Below are positions 30,912 through 47,079 of a stretch of 64,000 bases of DNA, piece by piece. The DNA is taken from the NCBI RefSeq assembly GCF_009914755.1, contig NC_060925.1, one strand, 5' to 3'. Both the position numbers and the translations under genes were made by a program. Each line of letters starts with the position of its first letter. The stretch's first letter is position 1. The notes below the pieces were generated by a model. That model ran no database searches. It saw only the letters and a list, made by a program, of their open reading frames with translations, and was not told the origin of the DNA. The stretch is from the human T2T-CHM13v2.0 reference genome, Homo sapiens.

Positions 30912-31549
30912 TGGTTAATTCTCATTATTCACAGCAATCATCTTCCATAAAGTTCTATATTCATTGCAAACACTGAATTAGCAAATACCAAACCATTGTT
31001 CCTACAGGAAAAACAGGGTTAGGTTCCTGTGAGCCTCTGATTACAACACTTTCATCAACTGATTAATACATAACCATGTCTTATGTCTGTTTCTGTTTGA
31101 ACGCACCTCATTTAATGTGTGCTGTTGATTCACTAACATTGAATTTGGGGCAAAGCTTATCAAACGCATATATTTTCTCCATAAGGCATGCTATGGCTTT
31201 CTTGCACTTAGGAACACTAGACAGCACTTCAGCACTACCTTTGGGGAACATTTTAAAAAGGAAATTACCAACAAAAATACAAAAATGCAAAAACTGGCAC
31301 AAAATAGACCTTGAAAGGGATACTTGCTAGTTAATAGTATGAGAGCTGAAACAAGAAGGCAGAGTATTGCCTTATTCTACTAGCTAGGAATGTACATGCT
31401 GAGCAACTCAAGTTTTTCACTGCTCTGTGCATGTCCATGAATGCCTGGGAAAGTACTGTGAGTATATATTTTGGGGTTACTTTGGGGATAAATTTTATTG
31501 AGTAGGCAAATTTGCAAATACAGAATCCCCAAATAATGAGGATCAACTG
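30912..31549 (-). mobile_element. MER82-like TcMar-Tigger non-autonomous DNA transposon
   Basis: Imperfect TIRs (ggttaattctcattattcacag ... aataatgaggatcaactg) with TA flanks; internal cttaggaacactagacagcacttcagcacta. Confidence 0.75.
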
Positions 31550-32131
31550 TATATGTTTTGCATTAAGGAAGTCTAAAAAATAAAAATATGAACCAATAAT
31601 GCCACATTGTTTTAAAATACACAAACATGGGAAATTAGGGAAACATTGTGTAGATTTCCTACAAATATACCATCAAAATTTCATCTTTAATTATTGCCTC
31701 TGGTTCATTTAGAATTTTATAAAATGAACAATTGATATGTACACTACTTATGCACTGGGATAATTGACCTCTGATTATCTGGCAATTGATCTTAAGGTAG
31801 CTCCATCTCTCAGCTACTGCCTGCCATAGCAGCACACAGACAATCTGACCTGCAAGACAATCTGAACTGCAGAGGGTCGATGTTGGAATGAAAGTTTGCA
31901 GAGAAGAAAGAAAACTGAGTTTTGCTAGAAGACTGGACTAAGGCTAGACTTAGGGGCATATATTGTAAGGCTTATGGGCAACAAATGTTCCAATAGTACT
32001 ACTTTCCAACCCAAACTCAGCTCTTCCTGGCTGAGAGTCACAGATGTGAATAATCTTCAAAATCATCTAGAGTTTAGTTTGTTTGTTTGAAGGAACTTGC
32101 TTTGAATTAAACTTTAATATTCATTGTAAAT

Positions 32132-32355
32132 CAGGGGATGGCAAACTATAACCCTCAAGCCAAATAAGGTGTATTAACTATCTTTGTAAATAAAGTTTTA
32201 TTGGAAATCAGTCATCCCCATTCATTTACATATTATCCATGGCTGCTTTTGAGGTACAGCAGCAGAGACAAGTAGCTACAACTGAGACCACATGACCCAC
32301 AAAGCTAAAATATTTATTATCTGGACTTCTGGACAAAAAAGTTTGCTGATCTCAG
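32132..32355 (+). mobile_element. MER58A-like hAT-Charlie element
   Basis: caggggatggcaaacta...tttgtaaataaagttttattggaa...aaaagtttgctga. Confidence 0.8.
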
Positions 32356-32544
32356 ACATGAACCACATTTCCTCTCAATCTATTTGTTTAACCTGTTTCT
32401 TTAATAACAAGTCTGTAAATGAAATGACCTTGACTATTCACAAGTAGGGAGGGATTTGGTGCTGCATTATAATTTTTATAAATTCTCTCTTCCTGTTAAA
32501 GGTTACCTCTAGTGATGAGGGCTTCAAGACCCTATTTCCAATTA

Positions 32545-32799
32545 GAATTAGATAAGGTCTTCAGAGTAGGGCCCCCATGATGGGACTAGTGGCTTTTTAA
32601 GAAGAGGAAGAGAGATCTGAGGTAGTGCATTTGCTCTGTGATGCCTGCTAGCATGTTATGACATAGTAAGAGGCCCTCACCAGATTCGGCTCAACTTTGA
32701 ACTTCCCAGCCTCCAGAACTATAAGAAATAAATTTCATTTCTTCATAAATTACCCAGTCTGTGGTACTCCATTACAGCAACAGAAAACAGATTAAGACA
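32545..32799 (+). mobile_element. MaLR LTR fragment (MLT1A/MSTD-like)
   Basis: ttcccagcctccagaactataagaaataaattt...ataaattacccagtctgtggtact...attaagaca. Confidence 0.7.
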
Positions 32800-33333
32800 A
32801 ACTCCAACCTATTAATCGAAATATAGAAGTCATAATCTTAACCAGAAGGTACACACTTAAACGTTTATATGCTATTTTTCCCTAATTTCCAGGATCAGAG
32901 ATATCTTCTCTAAATTAATTCTTCCAAAAAAACTAACAGATGCAAGATAATCTGAAAGTTTTTTAAATTTTAGATGACACAACTGTCATTCTTCTATACA
33001 AATAAAAAGAAATCTCATTTTACCCAGAGGACAAGAAAATATAATTATTATTTTTAACCTACAGGTTTAACTCAAATCAGCATAATGTTCCATAGTTAAC
33101 ATTTACAACAGGCCCTGCCCACAGTTTTTAATTCAGAAATGTAATTCATTACATTTCAAAGTAATGAAAAAGAAAAGCTATCTATAAGTTTTCTTCACTA
33201 AATAATATAAACTCTACATAAAAATCACATTACTAAAAAAAAGTATTAACACAAATAATAATTATCATCTAAAACCAGAGAGATTAAATAAGCATCCTTT
33301 TAGACTCTTGAAAGCATGATAAATGCTTCTTCA

Positions 33334-33492
<159 letters not shown>

Positions 33493-33844
33493 CTATAAAA
33501 AAAAATTAGAGAGAAGTTATTGCCAATATGGGCTGATGCACTAAATTATTTCTACACATATTTCAAGCAGATTAGCTGTTTTCCTAAAAGACTATAGTAC
33601 CTATTTTTGGCCAGATGTATCATCATTCATTATCGCAAAGATCTATAATAAAAGTAATTCCACTACTGCAAAAAGATTCTGAGTCTTGTGTTAAATTTTC
33701 AATCAGAAAAATGATGCATTGATTTTTATAAAACATGACATTTTTAAAGCTAATCTAACCATACCCTAAATTTCTTGACATGTACTTTATAAACCCCAAG
33801 ATAGAAGACAACCACTTGACCTACCACAGGATTTAAAATATTGC

Positions 33845-34115
33845 AGCACTTTGGGAGGCTGATGGGGGAGGATCACTTGAGGTCAGGATTCAAGACCAGA
33901 CTGGACAACATAGTGAGACCTCATCTCCATAAAAAATTTTTAAAATTAGCCAGATGTGTTGGTGCATGCCTGTAAATACTAGCTACTTGGAGGCTGAGGT
34001 AGGAGGATCACTTGAGCCCAGGAATTTGAGGTTACAGTGAGCAATATTGCACCACTGCATTCTAACCTGGTGACAGAGCAAGACCCTGTCTCTAAAAAAG
34101 AAAGAAAGAAGAAAG
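33845..34115 (+). mobile_element. AluJ, 5'-truncated
   Basis: Starts at cagcactttggg; ggaggatcacttgagcccagg is J-type. Confidence 0.85.
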
Positions 34116-34239
34116 CCTAAACTAGTGTTTTCCCCTTTGATTTCAAAAATTAAATAATCTTTTACTAAGGATGATCCATATAAAAAGCTGTCATAGCAAA
34201 CTGTAAGCCCTCTCCTACCACCACCCAAAATATAACCTA

Positions 34240-34630
<391 letters not shown>

Positions 34631-35463
34631 TTAAAAAAATAATGCCACATTGTGACTGGATGGTTTCATGGTCATGGTCAGATCTCCAACCTCCAGACTG
34701 AGAGACAGATCTGAAACTTGTGAGCTGCAACTAAAGCTACACTTAGAGAAAGATTTCTGGTTTAAAATGCATAATTAGAAAAGAAGAAAGACTGGAAATC
34801 GGTGACCCATCATTGAGGCTTATCTCAATCTCAAGAAATTATTTTAAAATTAAGCAAAAAAGAAGTTGAAGGAAATAAAGAGCAAAAAGTAATGAGAAAG
34901 AAAACACACCATTGGGAGGATTAACAAAGCCAAAAGATGGTTCTTTGAAAAGACTAATAAAATTGATAAACTCCTAAAACTGGCAAATAACCAATGTCAG
35001 AAAGTAAAGATGGAAACTACTAGACACTATAGACATTAATGATATTATGAAAAGCTTTATATCAAAAATATGAAAGTGAGATAACAAACGCCTACAAAAA
35101 CAACTTATTAAAAACTGACATAAGACAGCAGAAAGTCTGATAGCCCTATACTCAGATTTTAAAGAAATTTAAAGTGTAATTTGAAAACATTTCCATGAAG
35201 AAAAATCGAGGACCCCATGGTTTTAACAATAATGTCTACCAAACTTTAAGAAAAAAACACCAATTTTCCAGAGAACAGAAAGGGTGGGAACATTTTCCAA
35301 CCCATTTTATGAGGCGGGTATACACTTGATTCTAAAACCTAACAGGGACATCACAAAAAAAGGAAAATTACAAGCAATGTCAACTAGTGAAAAAGATGCA
35401 AAACTCCTGTATAAAATATTAGCAAATCAAATCTCATAATACACGAAATGGATAAGACATTAT

Positions 35464-35465
<2 letters not shown>

Positions 35466-35501
<36 letters not shown>
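35466..35501. repeat. (TA)n microsatellite
   Basis: About 18 perfect AT units. Confidence 0.95.
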
Positions 35502-35504
<3 letters not shown>

Positions 35505-36035
35505 TGCACTGTATACATTTCAGTCAATGATAGACCATATATATGACAGTGATTTAGTAAGGTTATAGTACTATATTTTCACCATGGAATACTACACAGC
35601 CATAAAGAAGAATAAAATCACGTCCTCTGCAGCAACATGGATGCAGCTGAAGGCCATTATCCTAAGCGAATCAACGCAGAAATAGAAAACCAAACACCAC
35701 AAGTTCTCACATACACATGGGAGCAAAACATGGGGTGCACACGGATATAAAGATGGGAAAAGCAGAAACTGGGGACTACAAGAACGGGGAGGGAATGGAC
35801 AAGGGTTGAAAAATTATCGATCGGGTACTATGCTCACTACCTGGGTGACAGGGTTCAATTGTACCCCAAACCTCAGCATCATGCAATATACCCTTGTAAC
35901 AAATGTGCACATACCCTCCAAATCTCAACTAAAAGTTGAAAAAAATTACCATATTTTTACTGTATCTTTTCTATGTTTAGATACACAAATACTTAGTGTG
36001 TTATAACTGCCTACGGTATTCAGTAAAGTAACCTG
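35505..36035 (+). mobile_element. Tigger3/MER7-like relic interrupted by an L1PB-type 3' end (about 35578-35945)
   Basis: Tigger-like ...ccatatttttactgtatcttttctatgtttagatacacaaatac flanking the L1 3' UTR ccatggaatactac...cccaaacctcagcatcatgcaatata. Confidence 0.6.
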
Positions 36036-36139
36036 TTATAATCCAAGAGAAAAATGTCACAGCATTCTGTGGCGCCATTTACGTACTGAAGTTTCATCTA
36101 AGAGGTTTATATTTTGGCCAATGGAAATATCAGCGAACA

Positions 36140-36670
36140 AGAATAGTCACCGACCAAAAGGGGCTTGCTGCCCGATGAACTAGAAGTCAATACTATAATA
36201 CCAGGTGTTGAGAAAAGAAAAGCTTTTTATTGCAAGGTGACCCACAAGAAGACAGGAGTCCAGCTCAAATCTGTCTCCCTATGCTGGCTTTAAGGTAGTT
36301 ATTAGAAAAGGTTTGGGGGCGGATTCTGGGATTAGTGGGTGATTGGTGGAAGGAAATGGGGAGGTCTCCCAAGTCCTTAGGCATGCATAGTTACCTCTTC
36401 ATGCTACCTCACAGATCATGTGTGAAAATCCGGGGGGAGTTAGTATAAAATATGTGGTGGAAATTTGGGCTGTAACATCACCAAGTTAGTTCTGTGCAGA
36501 CTTGAGTTGGCCATATTCATTCCAACCAGTTTTAGCCAGTTTTGTGTTATCTTACAAGTGGAGAGATTTTCAGTGTTTCAGCAAGTTGCTTCTTTTTTAA
36601 TCTGTCATCCTGAAAACAAGATTTTCTCTTAGTCATTTGTTCCTTTCACTCTTTGGGGCCACAGTTTTCA
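36140..36670 (-). mobile_element. ERV1-class solo LTR (subfamily not determined)
   Basis: ttttattg...gacaggagtccagctcaaatctgtctccct... ending acagttttca, typical of MER4-group LTRs in reverse. Confidence 0.55.
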
Positions 36671-36806
36671 CTAACATTTTGGAAGTAACAAGTTAAAGGA
36701 CATCCCTGACCCTATTTTTGAACAGTTTTTTTTAACCCATATTTCTGCAGCATTTCTGATGGCAAATCAAGAGTTATGATTGCCTAATGAGTCTGACTTA
36801 ACAATA

Positions 36807-37541
<735 letters not shown>

Positions 37542-37594
37542 ATAATATGAAAGATTAGGAATGGATTCCCCTTTAAATTTTCTTGTATGTTCCT

Positions 37595-38142
37595 TCTAGA
37601 AATAAAAGACCAATCAAATGAGAAAAGTAAAATCTACTTGGCCCGAGTTTGCTATAGCAAGGGAGTCAGACACCCTCACTTGTGTATTGACAGAGACTCA
37701 AAGCCAGGCAGAGAAGTGGGAAAGCTTTACAGTGAGAAAAAGGGAAGGCTTCAGGCGTTTCCTGATTGGGGGCTGCTGGCCTGGGGAAGCTGTAGGAGGG
37801 TTCATTAGAAACGCGGCACCCTATTTGATTAGTAGGTGGTGCATATTTAGCTTTCTCTGGTTCGTCCTAAGTTGGAAGTGAAGAAAAAAATTAGGGGGGC
37901 TGTCGGTTATTAATCAAATTCTGACCATTTGGGGCTGTTACAGCAGTTATTGCATAGCTTTGTGTATTGTCTCTAGAGATAGCAACCTGACTTCCTATAA
38001 GTCTGACATAACAGGCTGGTTTCCTGGTCTGTTTATTTTAGATAAAGGGCTGGTTTTCTGGGCAGACTGCTGTAAATTTTGAGTCAAAGTTCTATTTTTA
38101 TTTATGGTCTGACCATTATCTCTTCGTATATTTAGTTTCTCA
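37595..38142 (-). mobile_element. ERV-class solo LTR (MER67-like, uncertain)
   Basis: gagtttgctatagcaagggagtcag...ttcctgattgg...ctaagttggaag...tttctca. Confidence 0.45.
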
Positions 38143-39361
38143 ACTTTCACAGGAAAAAACAAAACAATATATTGTTCAAAAACAGACTATTTTCACAATA
38201 AAAAGTTATTGCTTTTGTATCTTAACACGACAATCTAAGTATCATTTCTTTTTTTTTAAATAAAATAATTTTATTGTTCATTATTTGCTTATTATTTTTT
38301 ATTCCCCATGCACCTACACACACACACAGACCTACTTACTATAGGGAGGGTTTTGAGAATACAATGAAGAACGCTGTCAGTGTTGTTCACCACTATATCC
38401 CCAGTTCATTAAACAATGTCTGGCACTGTTTGAAAACATTAAATGAATGAATTTACTATTTATGCTAAGTTACTGGGTAGGTCTTACCATTCCTAGTTAA
38501 CATTTGAGGCCTCCAGGCATTAAATAACATGCCCAAGGCCACAGTCTAGCAAGCGGTGAAAACATTTGAACCCTGTTCTGATTCCACAGCCTATAATAAT
38601 AACTATTATATCCACTAAAACAGTTAATGTGTAGTAAACACTATGATCCACGTTTCAGAGTTAGGCTTCAAACTTTCTCAACAAATCCTTTTGTTTTCAT
38701 AAATCCTGTCAAATATAGATACCTTGGTGGACTCCATTCAATCCTTAAAAAGATAAGATTTTTGAACTCAGCAGGGTCAAAAGAAGTTAAGCAGTGTATT
38801 ACAGAATGTTGTCTTGTGGAAGCTTCTTTTGTTTTTTCTGGAATACCGATAAAGAAAGTGGGCTAGGAAGATTATAAAGGTGAGTTGGGGCCTTAAACAA
38901 TGGGCAATCATATACCAGGCAGAGAAGGGGGAATGAGAGAAATCTCAGGCAGAGAGAAGAAAATAAAGGGATCAATGTACATGGCTGTGGCCTAGTCAGG
39001 GAATATGGCATGTTGGGAGTTTGGAAAGGTGACAAAAGGCTTAGAATGCTACAAAGATAGAAAGGGTATTTTATACCTTACTAAAGAATTCTTCCATTTT
39101 TTTCATTCTTTCAGACACTTTATTTCTGCAGAGAAGGATAACATCAAATTTAGAATATAAATCAGGAGAGAACACAAAAGATACAGATTTTATATATTTT
39201 AGAACATTTGACAGAAATGTAGTTGGAATTCCATTGTTTTTCTTATACCATAATCTTTCTGTTGTGATGCCCTAAAATTCACCCTGTGATTTCATATCAT
39301 GTCTTCTTAATATTGTGCCAGAAACCATAACATGTCTGACAATTAAAATATTAAGGAAATG

Positions 39362-39662
39362 GGCTGGCCATGGTAGCTCATGCCTGTAATCTTAGCACTT
39401 TCAGAGGCAGAGGCAGGCAGATCACTAGAGGCCAGGAATTCAAGACCAGCCTGACCAAAATGGCAAAATCCCATCTCTACTAGAAAATACAAAAGTTAAC
39501 CAGGTGTGGTGGCATGTGCCTGTAATCTCAGCTGCTTGGGAGGCTGAGGCACAAGAATCGCTTGAATCCAGGAAGCAGAGGCTGCAGTGAGCCGAGATCG
39601 CACCACTGCACTCCAGCCTTGGTGATAGAGCAAGATTCTGTCTCCAGAAAAAAAAAAAAAAA
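39362..39662 (+). mobile_element. AluS
   Basis: Full dimeric Alu with poly(A); TSD-like aatattaa(g/t)gaaat. Confidence 0.88.
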
Positions 39663-41224
39663 GCAATATTAATGAAATAAAAATGAAATGAACCCTCTTT
39701 GTTAACAGAGGAATTACTTAATGGAGTGAAATCCTGATTCCACTCAATGCAATAAACATTTGCTAAGCTACTATTCTTCTATGTGACTATTTTTTCTGTG
39801 ATCGTAAATGTAAAAACTTAAAGACAGAATTAAAAAAATCATAGAATGTAAGAGTTAGAATGGCCCTTAAATCAGGTTACCAGTCCACCCACTCCTCTAA
39901 CATTGGGTGATCATTCAGCATACACTTCATACCCATGGGCACAGAGGTTCCTCAAGAAGTTCACCAGCTAGTAAATGGGATACCACATTTTAAAGGGTTT
40001 TTTAACATGAACTTTCATATTCTGCAACATATGACCTTGTTAAAAGCTCTGTCCAGGATGCAGGCAAGATATCTGCATTTTAAGAATAAGAAAGTAAAGC
40101 TCCAGTAAGGCTCAAACTTGACAAGGATTACACGGTCAATTTACACCAAGGACGGAACTCTCTTGTAGCTTGCTGCTTCCCTTCTTGCTCTTGATAATTG
40201 TCCTAGTCCAACTGGGCTGCTATGACAAAAATACTATTGGCTTACTTAAAAAATAAGCATTGATTTCTTGCAGTTCCAGACACTGGAAGTCCTAGATCGA
40301 AGTGCTAGGAGATTTACTGTCTAGTGAGGACCCACTTTCCGGTTCCATGGACCACTGTTTTCTCACTGTGTCCTCACATGGTGGAAGGGGCAAGGAAGGT
40401 CTTCCAGGTCACTTTTATACAAGCACTAATCCCATTCATGAAGGCTCCACAGGAAGAAAGAAGATGGGGGTAGAAGGAGGAAGACAAGAGGGAGAAGGAG
40501 GTGCGTAAAGAGAAAATAACTGAAGACTTTTAAAAGGAAATAGGATTACTAGACAAGTATAAGAGAATTAGTAATGGTTAAATACTGTATCTCCTTGTTC
40601 TCACACTACATTCTACTCTCAGTCTATACCCTTATACTACTGAGTCCTAGGAGAACTTAATGTGAATTTTCTCTAATTTTTAACTTTAATTTTTCACTAA
40701 TTTCATAGTGAGGAGATTTGGAACATACAGAAAAGAAAGGTCATACCAGAAAAAAAAATGTAGCGCTTTCACTTCCAATTGGTTCTTAATTTTGTCTCAG
40801 GACTTGCCTTGAATTCTTTTCTCTTCCCTGGATAATTCTGGAACACTTAGTAATGGTTAGCTATTATATTCCTTATACCTATTTCTACATTCTACTCTTA
40901 TTTCTACATTCTTTCCATCTAAAATCTAAAGAAACTTAAACAGAAATTTGTTCTCTTCTAAATGCTCAATTCATTACAAATGCTTGGAAACACGGAGATG
41001 AGATCAAATCAGATGAAAATTTATAGAGATTTTGCTTCAAGCTGAGTATTTGGCTTAGATACAAACTACTACCTTGAAACTTTCCACCGAAGAGTCACCC
41101 CACAGTTCTCATTTCTATGCTCAAGTAGCCAATGTCCTCACTCCTTGACATTACATAAACCCCTGACATGCCTCTGAAATTTTCTCCCATAAAGGTTGAC
41201 TGTGTAATCCTAATTCTATCCCAT

Positions 41225-41889
41225 GTGTGATGGTTAATTTTATGTATCAACTCGTCTGGACTAAGGGATGCCCAGATAACTGGTAAAACATGATTTCTGG
41301 GTGTGTCTGTGAGGATGTCTCTGGAGGAGGGTAGCATTTGAATCAGTAAACCAATTAAAGAAGACTGCCCTCACCAAATGGGTAGGCATAATGCAATCCT
41401 GTGGAGGATGTGAATAGAACCAAAAGGCAAAGCAAGTGCTACGTTTTGTTTGTCCCCACAAAAACTCATGTTGAAGTCTGATCCCTGATGTGGCCGTGTT
41501 GGGAAGAGGGACCTAGCAGGAGGTGTCAGGGTTACGGAGGCAGATCCCTCATGAATGGCTTGGTGTCATTCTTGCAGTAGTGAGTGAGTTCTCTCTCTCA
41601 TGAGACTGAATTAGTTCCCTCAGTAATGGATCAGTTCCCTCGAGGCTGGGTTGCTATAAAGCCAGGACACCCCTCGGATTTTGCTTCTTCACACATGTCC
41701 ACTTCCACTTTGACTTTCCACCATGTTGTGACACAGCAGGAAAGCCCTCCCCAGGAGTCCAGCAGATGCCAGCACCACGCTTCTTAAACTTCCCAGCCTG
41801 CGGAACTGTGAGCTAAATAAATGTCTTTTCTTTATAAATTACCCTGTCTCAGATATTCCACTATAGCAACACTAAATGGACTAAGACAG
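41225..41889 (+). mobile_element. MLT2 LTR 5' fragment (about 41225-41435) abutting an MST-type LTR (about 41437-41889)
   Basis: tgtgatggttaattttatgtatcaact marks MLT2; tgctacgttttgtttgtcccc...ataaattaccc...ggactaagaca marks MST. Confidence 0.7.
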
Positions 41890-43419
41890 GAAATGAAAAG
41901 GAATTTCACCTGCAGAATAGGAGACTTTACAAAGACTGATACCCTGAATGAGCGAGGATGTGGAGAAGCAAGCACTGTCAGTCAAAAGAGTGAAAATGGG
42001 TCTAAGGTTTCCGAAAGGCAATACGTATCCCAGTTTAAAATGTGTGTTACCTTCAGACTCAGCAATGTCCACTCCTCAAAATTTATCTTACGAAAGTAAC
42101 TGGACCAGAATGAGAAAATGAATACAAAGGACATCCATTGCAATTTCACTTACAATCGTTTTTAAACTATCAATAAAGTAAAAGGTGATTTAAAAAGAAT
42201 TGGTAACATATACTATGACACAAACATATAACAGAATATGATGCAGTTACGTAAAAATGGTGATACAGCAGCAATTCTCAAGCTTTTTGATCTCAGGATC
42301 CCTTTACAATCTTAAAAATCATTGAGCACTCCAAAGAGCTTTTGTATATTGTAGGGACCATGGAGTTGTACCACTGAGATCTCCCTTCAAAGGCACCTAC
42401 TGTGAGGAACACAGTTGACTTCCACTCTCTAGCCTCTAACCCTGGCATCTGCTGATGCACTGCAGCAAGGTCGTCCCTTTCCTGGGCTGCTTCCAGCCAA
42501 TGATTGGACATGGTGGGGAACTCCAACTGGGCCATTTCTGGGACAATCAGCACAAAGTACCAAAAGTTGGTTCCTTCAAAGTATGAATAAAATACACAAA
42601 ACTTTGGCAAGATTGAAGGGGAGAAAAGGATAGATATGAGGAATGAAATAGAGAACCTACCTACAGATTCAGTCAGAAGTGTTATAAAATCATCGGTGAG
42701 TATTATGAACCTTGGACAGAACAGGCAGTTTCAAAAAAAATTGTAACTTACTAAATCTGACTCTAGAAGAAACAGTAAACTGAAGAGGCCTATAACAACC
42801 AAAGACATTAAAAGAGAAGTGAAATATAACTATATAACAGTTGTTGGCCCTCATAGTAACCTAATCACTTTCCCTCTTTGGATAAGAGAATGCCAGTGTC
42901 AGGGAACGCTTCAACAGGGTTGGAGAAGTTCCACATATCTCCACCCTACTAAAGGGGCAGAAGTTCAGGGGCACAGTTAAGATGACTCAGAGAAAATGAA
43001 ATTGCTCAGTCGCAGGTCAAGTCAACCCTTCAGATCAATTTATGTACCTAGGGCATTAACCTAGGAATGTCTTAAACAATGGAATGCCGCCATTCCTTCT
43101 CAACAGGAAGTGGGGGAAACACGCGATTGGTTTTCAAACAGTTTTGAAACAGCAGACAATACACATAGCTGCTGTAACAAAGCAGCTTCGAAAGAGATCG
43201 AATGTGTGCGCCTTTATACAAAACTTGGGACCCACTGAAGTCTGACAGCTAAAACGGATTACATGTCTGCAAGGTATTAAAACAGAAAACAAAGAACCTG
43301 GGATGGATTCAGGACAAAAGTGTCTTAAAAATTTAACAGTGCCCGTGGGCCAGAGTGTCCACAACACTCATTTTATCTGGACAAATACCAGTAGACTTTC
43401 GTATTATGACCCACTTCTG

Positions 43420-44290
<871 letters not shown>

Positions 44291-45292
44291 AGCTGCTTCT
44301 CTCTGCCTGGAAACTGGGCCATGGAGGGCATTGTCTCTCACGGATGTCTAATTTTTTCGTGGTTGCACACCTGGGATGGCGATTCTGCTTTAAAAAGCAG
44401 AGAGTTAAATCCTAAAGCATCTATTGGAGCAATTATAAAACAAAAAGGAGAAACTCCTGGATTTGTTGCAGAAAAGATCAACAGCCATCTGCGTGGGCAA
44501 CGGGGAAAAGAAGGACTAGTTTGGTAGGCAGCTTAGCTAGGATTTGCCCGTGATTAAGCGTATAGAGTGTCTGCCAGCTGCACTTATCAGAAAAAACCAC
44601 AGCGCCCTCCTCCTTCTCAAGATGGGTGCAGTTCCGAGGTTTGGAGCTTATTACTCAGGCAAGACAGAACTTATTACTGCCTAGCATGGAATAACGGAAG
44701 GAACATTGGACTTAACAGAGAAAGTACCTAATCCTTCAGGTGTGACATAGCGTCTCCGGGTAGTCTCTCATCAGTAAAATGAGAATATAAATATCTGCCT
44801 TCACAACAAAGTTGTATATTAGGTGTGAAAGGTCTTAATTCTCTAAGGCGCCAATCAAATGAGATATCATTAATTGTAATAATCCTGTTCATTCACAGCT
44901 GCGTAAGAGGAACTATTGTTGTACTGCTGTTTGCAGAAAAGAAGATACCTCTGTACTTGTAAATTAGGGTGTCTCACATCTTCTGAATCACTACACAGAA
45001 ATCAGTTCCAACAACAGCCAGGAACTCAGACCCTGAACTTACCTCTCCTCATATCATTTTGTATGTTTAAGATATGTATGAATCTAGAATTTGTAAATTA
45101 AGGGCTGCCTGCTTAGTAAAATCATCTTGAAACTGATTTATCTTTTTATATTACTTCCAACTTCCAGTCTTATTAAGAATCATTGCCTTCCTTTGGAACT
45201 GCCTTCAAACTTCAAATTTTCTCTGTCCTTGAAAACCTCTTTTAATCTCTACTCTGAATACTCTGTACTTGAAGAGAGGTTGCTTGAACTAG

Positions 45293-45541
<249 letters not shown>

Positions 45542-47079
45542 TGAGAAAATTATCTTCACACCAAAACTTTTACTTGAGGGTTTATAGCAGTTCTATTCAT
45601 AACTGTCAAGCGCAGAAACAAAATGTTCTTTAACGGGTGAACTGGTAAACAACCTGTGTTGCATTCATACAGTGAGATAGTAATTAGCAATAAAAAGGAA
45701 TGAATTACTGATACCTGTCAACAATGACATTCTGGAAAAGGCAAAACTATAGGGACAGAAAACAAATCAGTAGTTACCAGTTGTGACTAGCGGGAAGGGA
45801 ATTGATGACAAAAGAGCATCAGAAGGCTTGTGGGGGTGATGGAGCTATTTTACATCTTGCTTTTGGTGGTAGTGGTTACACAACTGCATGTGTGTGCCAG
45901 CAGAACTGCACACTAACATGGGTTAATTTACTCTGGGATATCAATAAATCTGACTTAAACATGAGTAAAATGGAATAAAAATTCTCAAAAGATCAGTGTG
46001 AACATCAAAACAGTTTATGAATAGTTATGAAGTATGGGCCACACACCAGCAGCATTGGTGTCACATCAGTGTTACTGTGAAAATCAAAGCGTTTATGAAG
46101 TGTGGGCCACAGACCAGCAGCATCAGTGTCACTTGGGAGCTTGTCAGAAATAATCTCAGGCCTGCCCAAGCCCACTAAGTAAGAATTGCACTTATACAAG
46201 AACCCTGGATGAGCATTTCATAAAGTTTGAGAAGCACAGCTAGTATGAAGCAAACCACTCGAAGTGCAACCTGTTACCTGTCTGCAATGAGTCAGACATT
46301 GAGAGGAAGGATTTAGAAACTTTATAGCAATTTGATAAAGTAATTTTGTTATATCTAATAATAAAACTCAGAGCTTGTCTTTTTAATTTCAATTTTCTAG
46401 TATTGCATTTTTACTGTATTTTACGACACTATGTCTGCAAGGAATCGAGATAACACCATGAAGATAAAAGGTGTAATTAACACTAGCAACTTCCTGCATA
46501 AGAGAAGAAACCTTTACATGGACATTTACACATCTGGACGAAAGAAGGCACCCCTGCTTAATTCTACTGGCAATTCCCAAAGACCAGTGGTTCCTAGAGG
46601 GCAGTAGTAGAAACCCAGAATTCACACTTCCTTAATTCATTTCCTTGGTCAGAACAGAAGTCTAGGGTTCAGCCCAATTTAGCTACTTCTATTGTCCCCA
46701 ACTTCTGGCCTTCTAATGTACTACCATTTTCCACTGGAATAACCTTCAGACTTGACCAGTTTCAGTCCTTGAAGAACTCTTTCAGCACCTACTTTGGAAT
46801 CTTTTCATAATCATTCTGGATTTGGCTAGTTTTAGTTGATAAACACATTTCTTCTTTCTATCCACTGAATCACTTACTTATTGTGTAGTGCTAATAAGAC
46901 CAAAGAATCTGCCTCTCCACAAGGAACAATTCTATTTCAAAATCCTTCAAGAATATTCAGAAAGGAAAAAAAGATCCTGGTCATTGCTCCCTCAAATTTG
47001 AGTAATCACAGCTTAGGCTCTGTAAGAGAATTTGATTGGTTCAGTGTAAAGCCATAACCATTACTGGAAGGATAATTTT

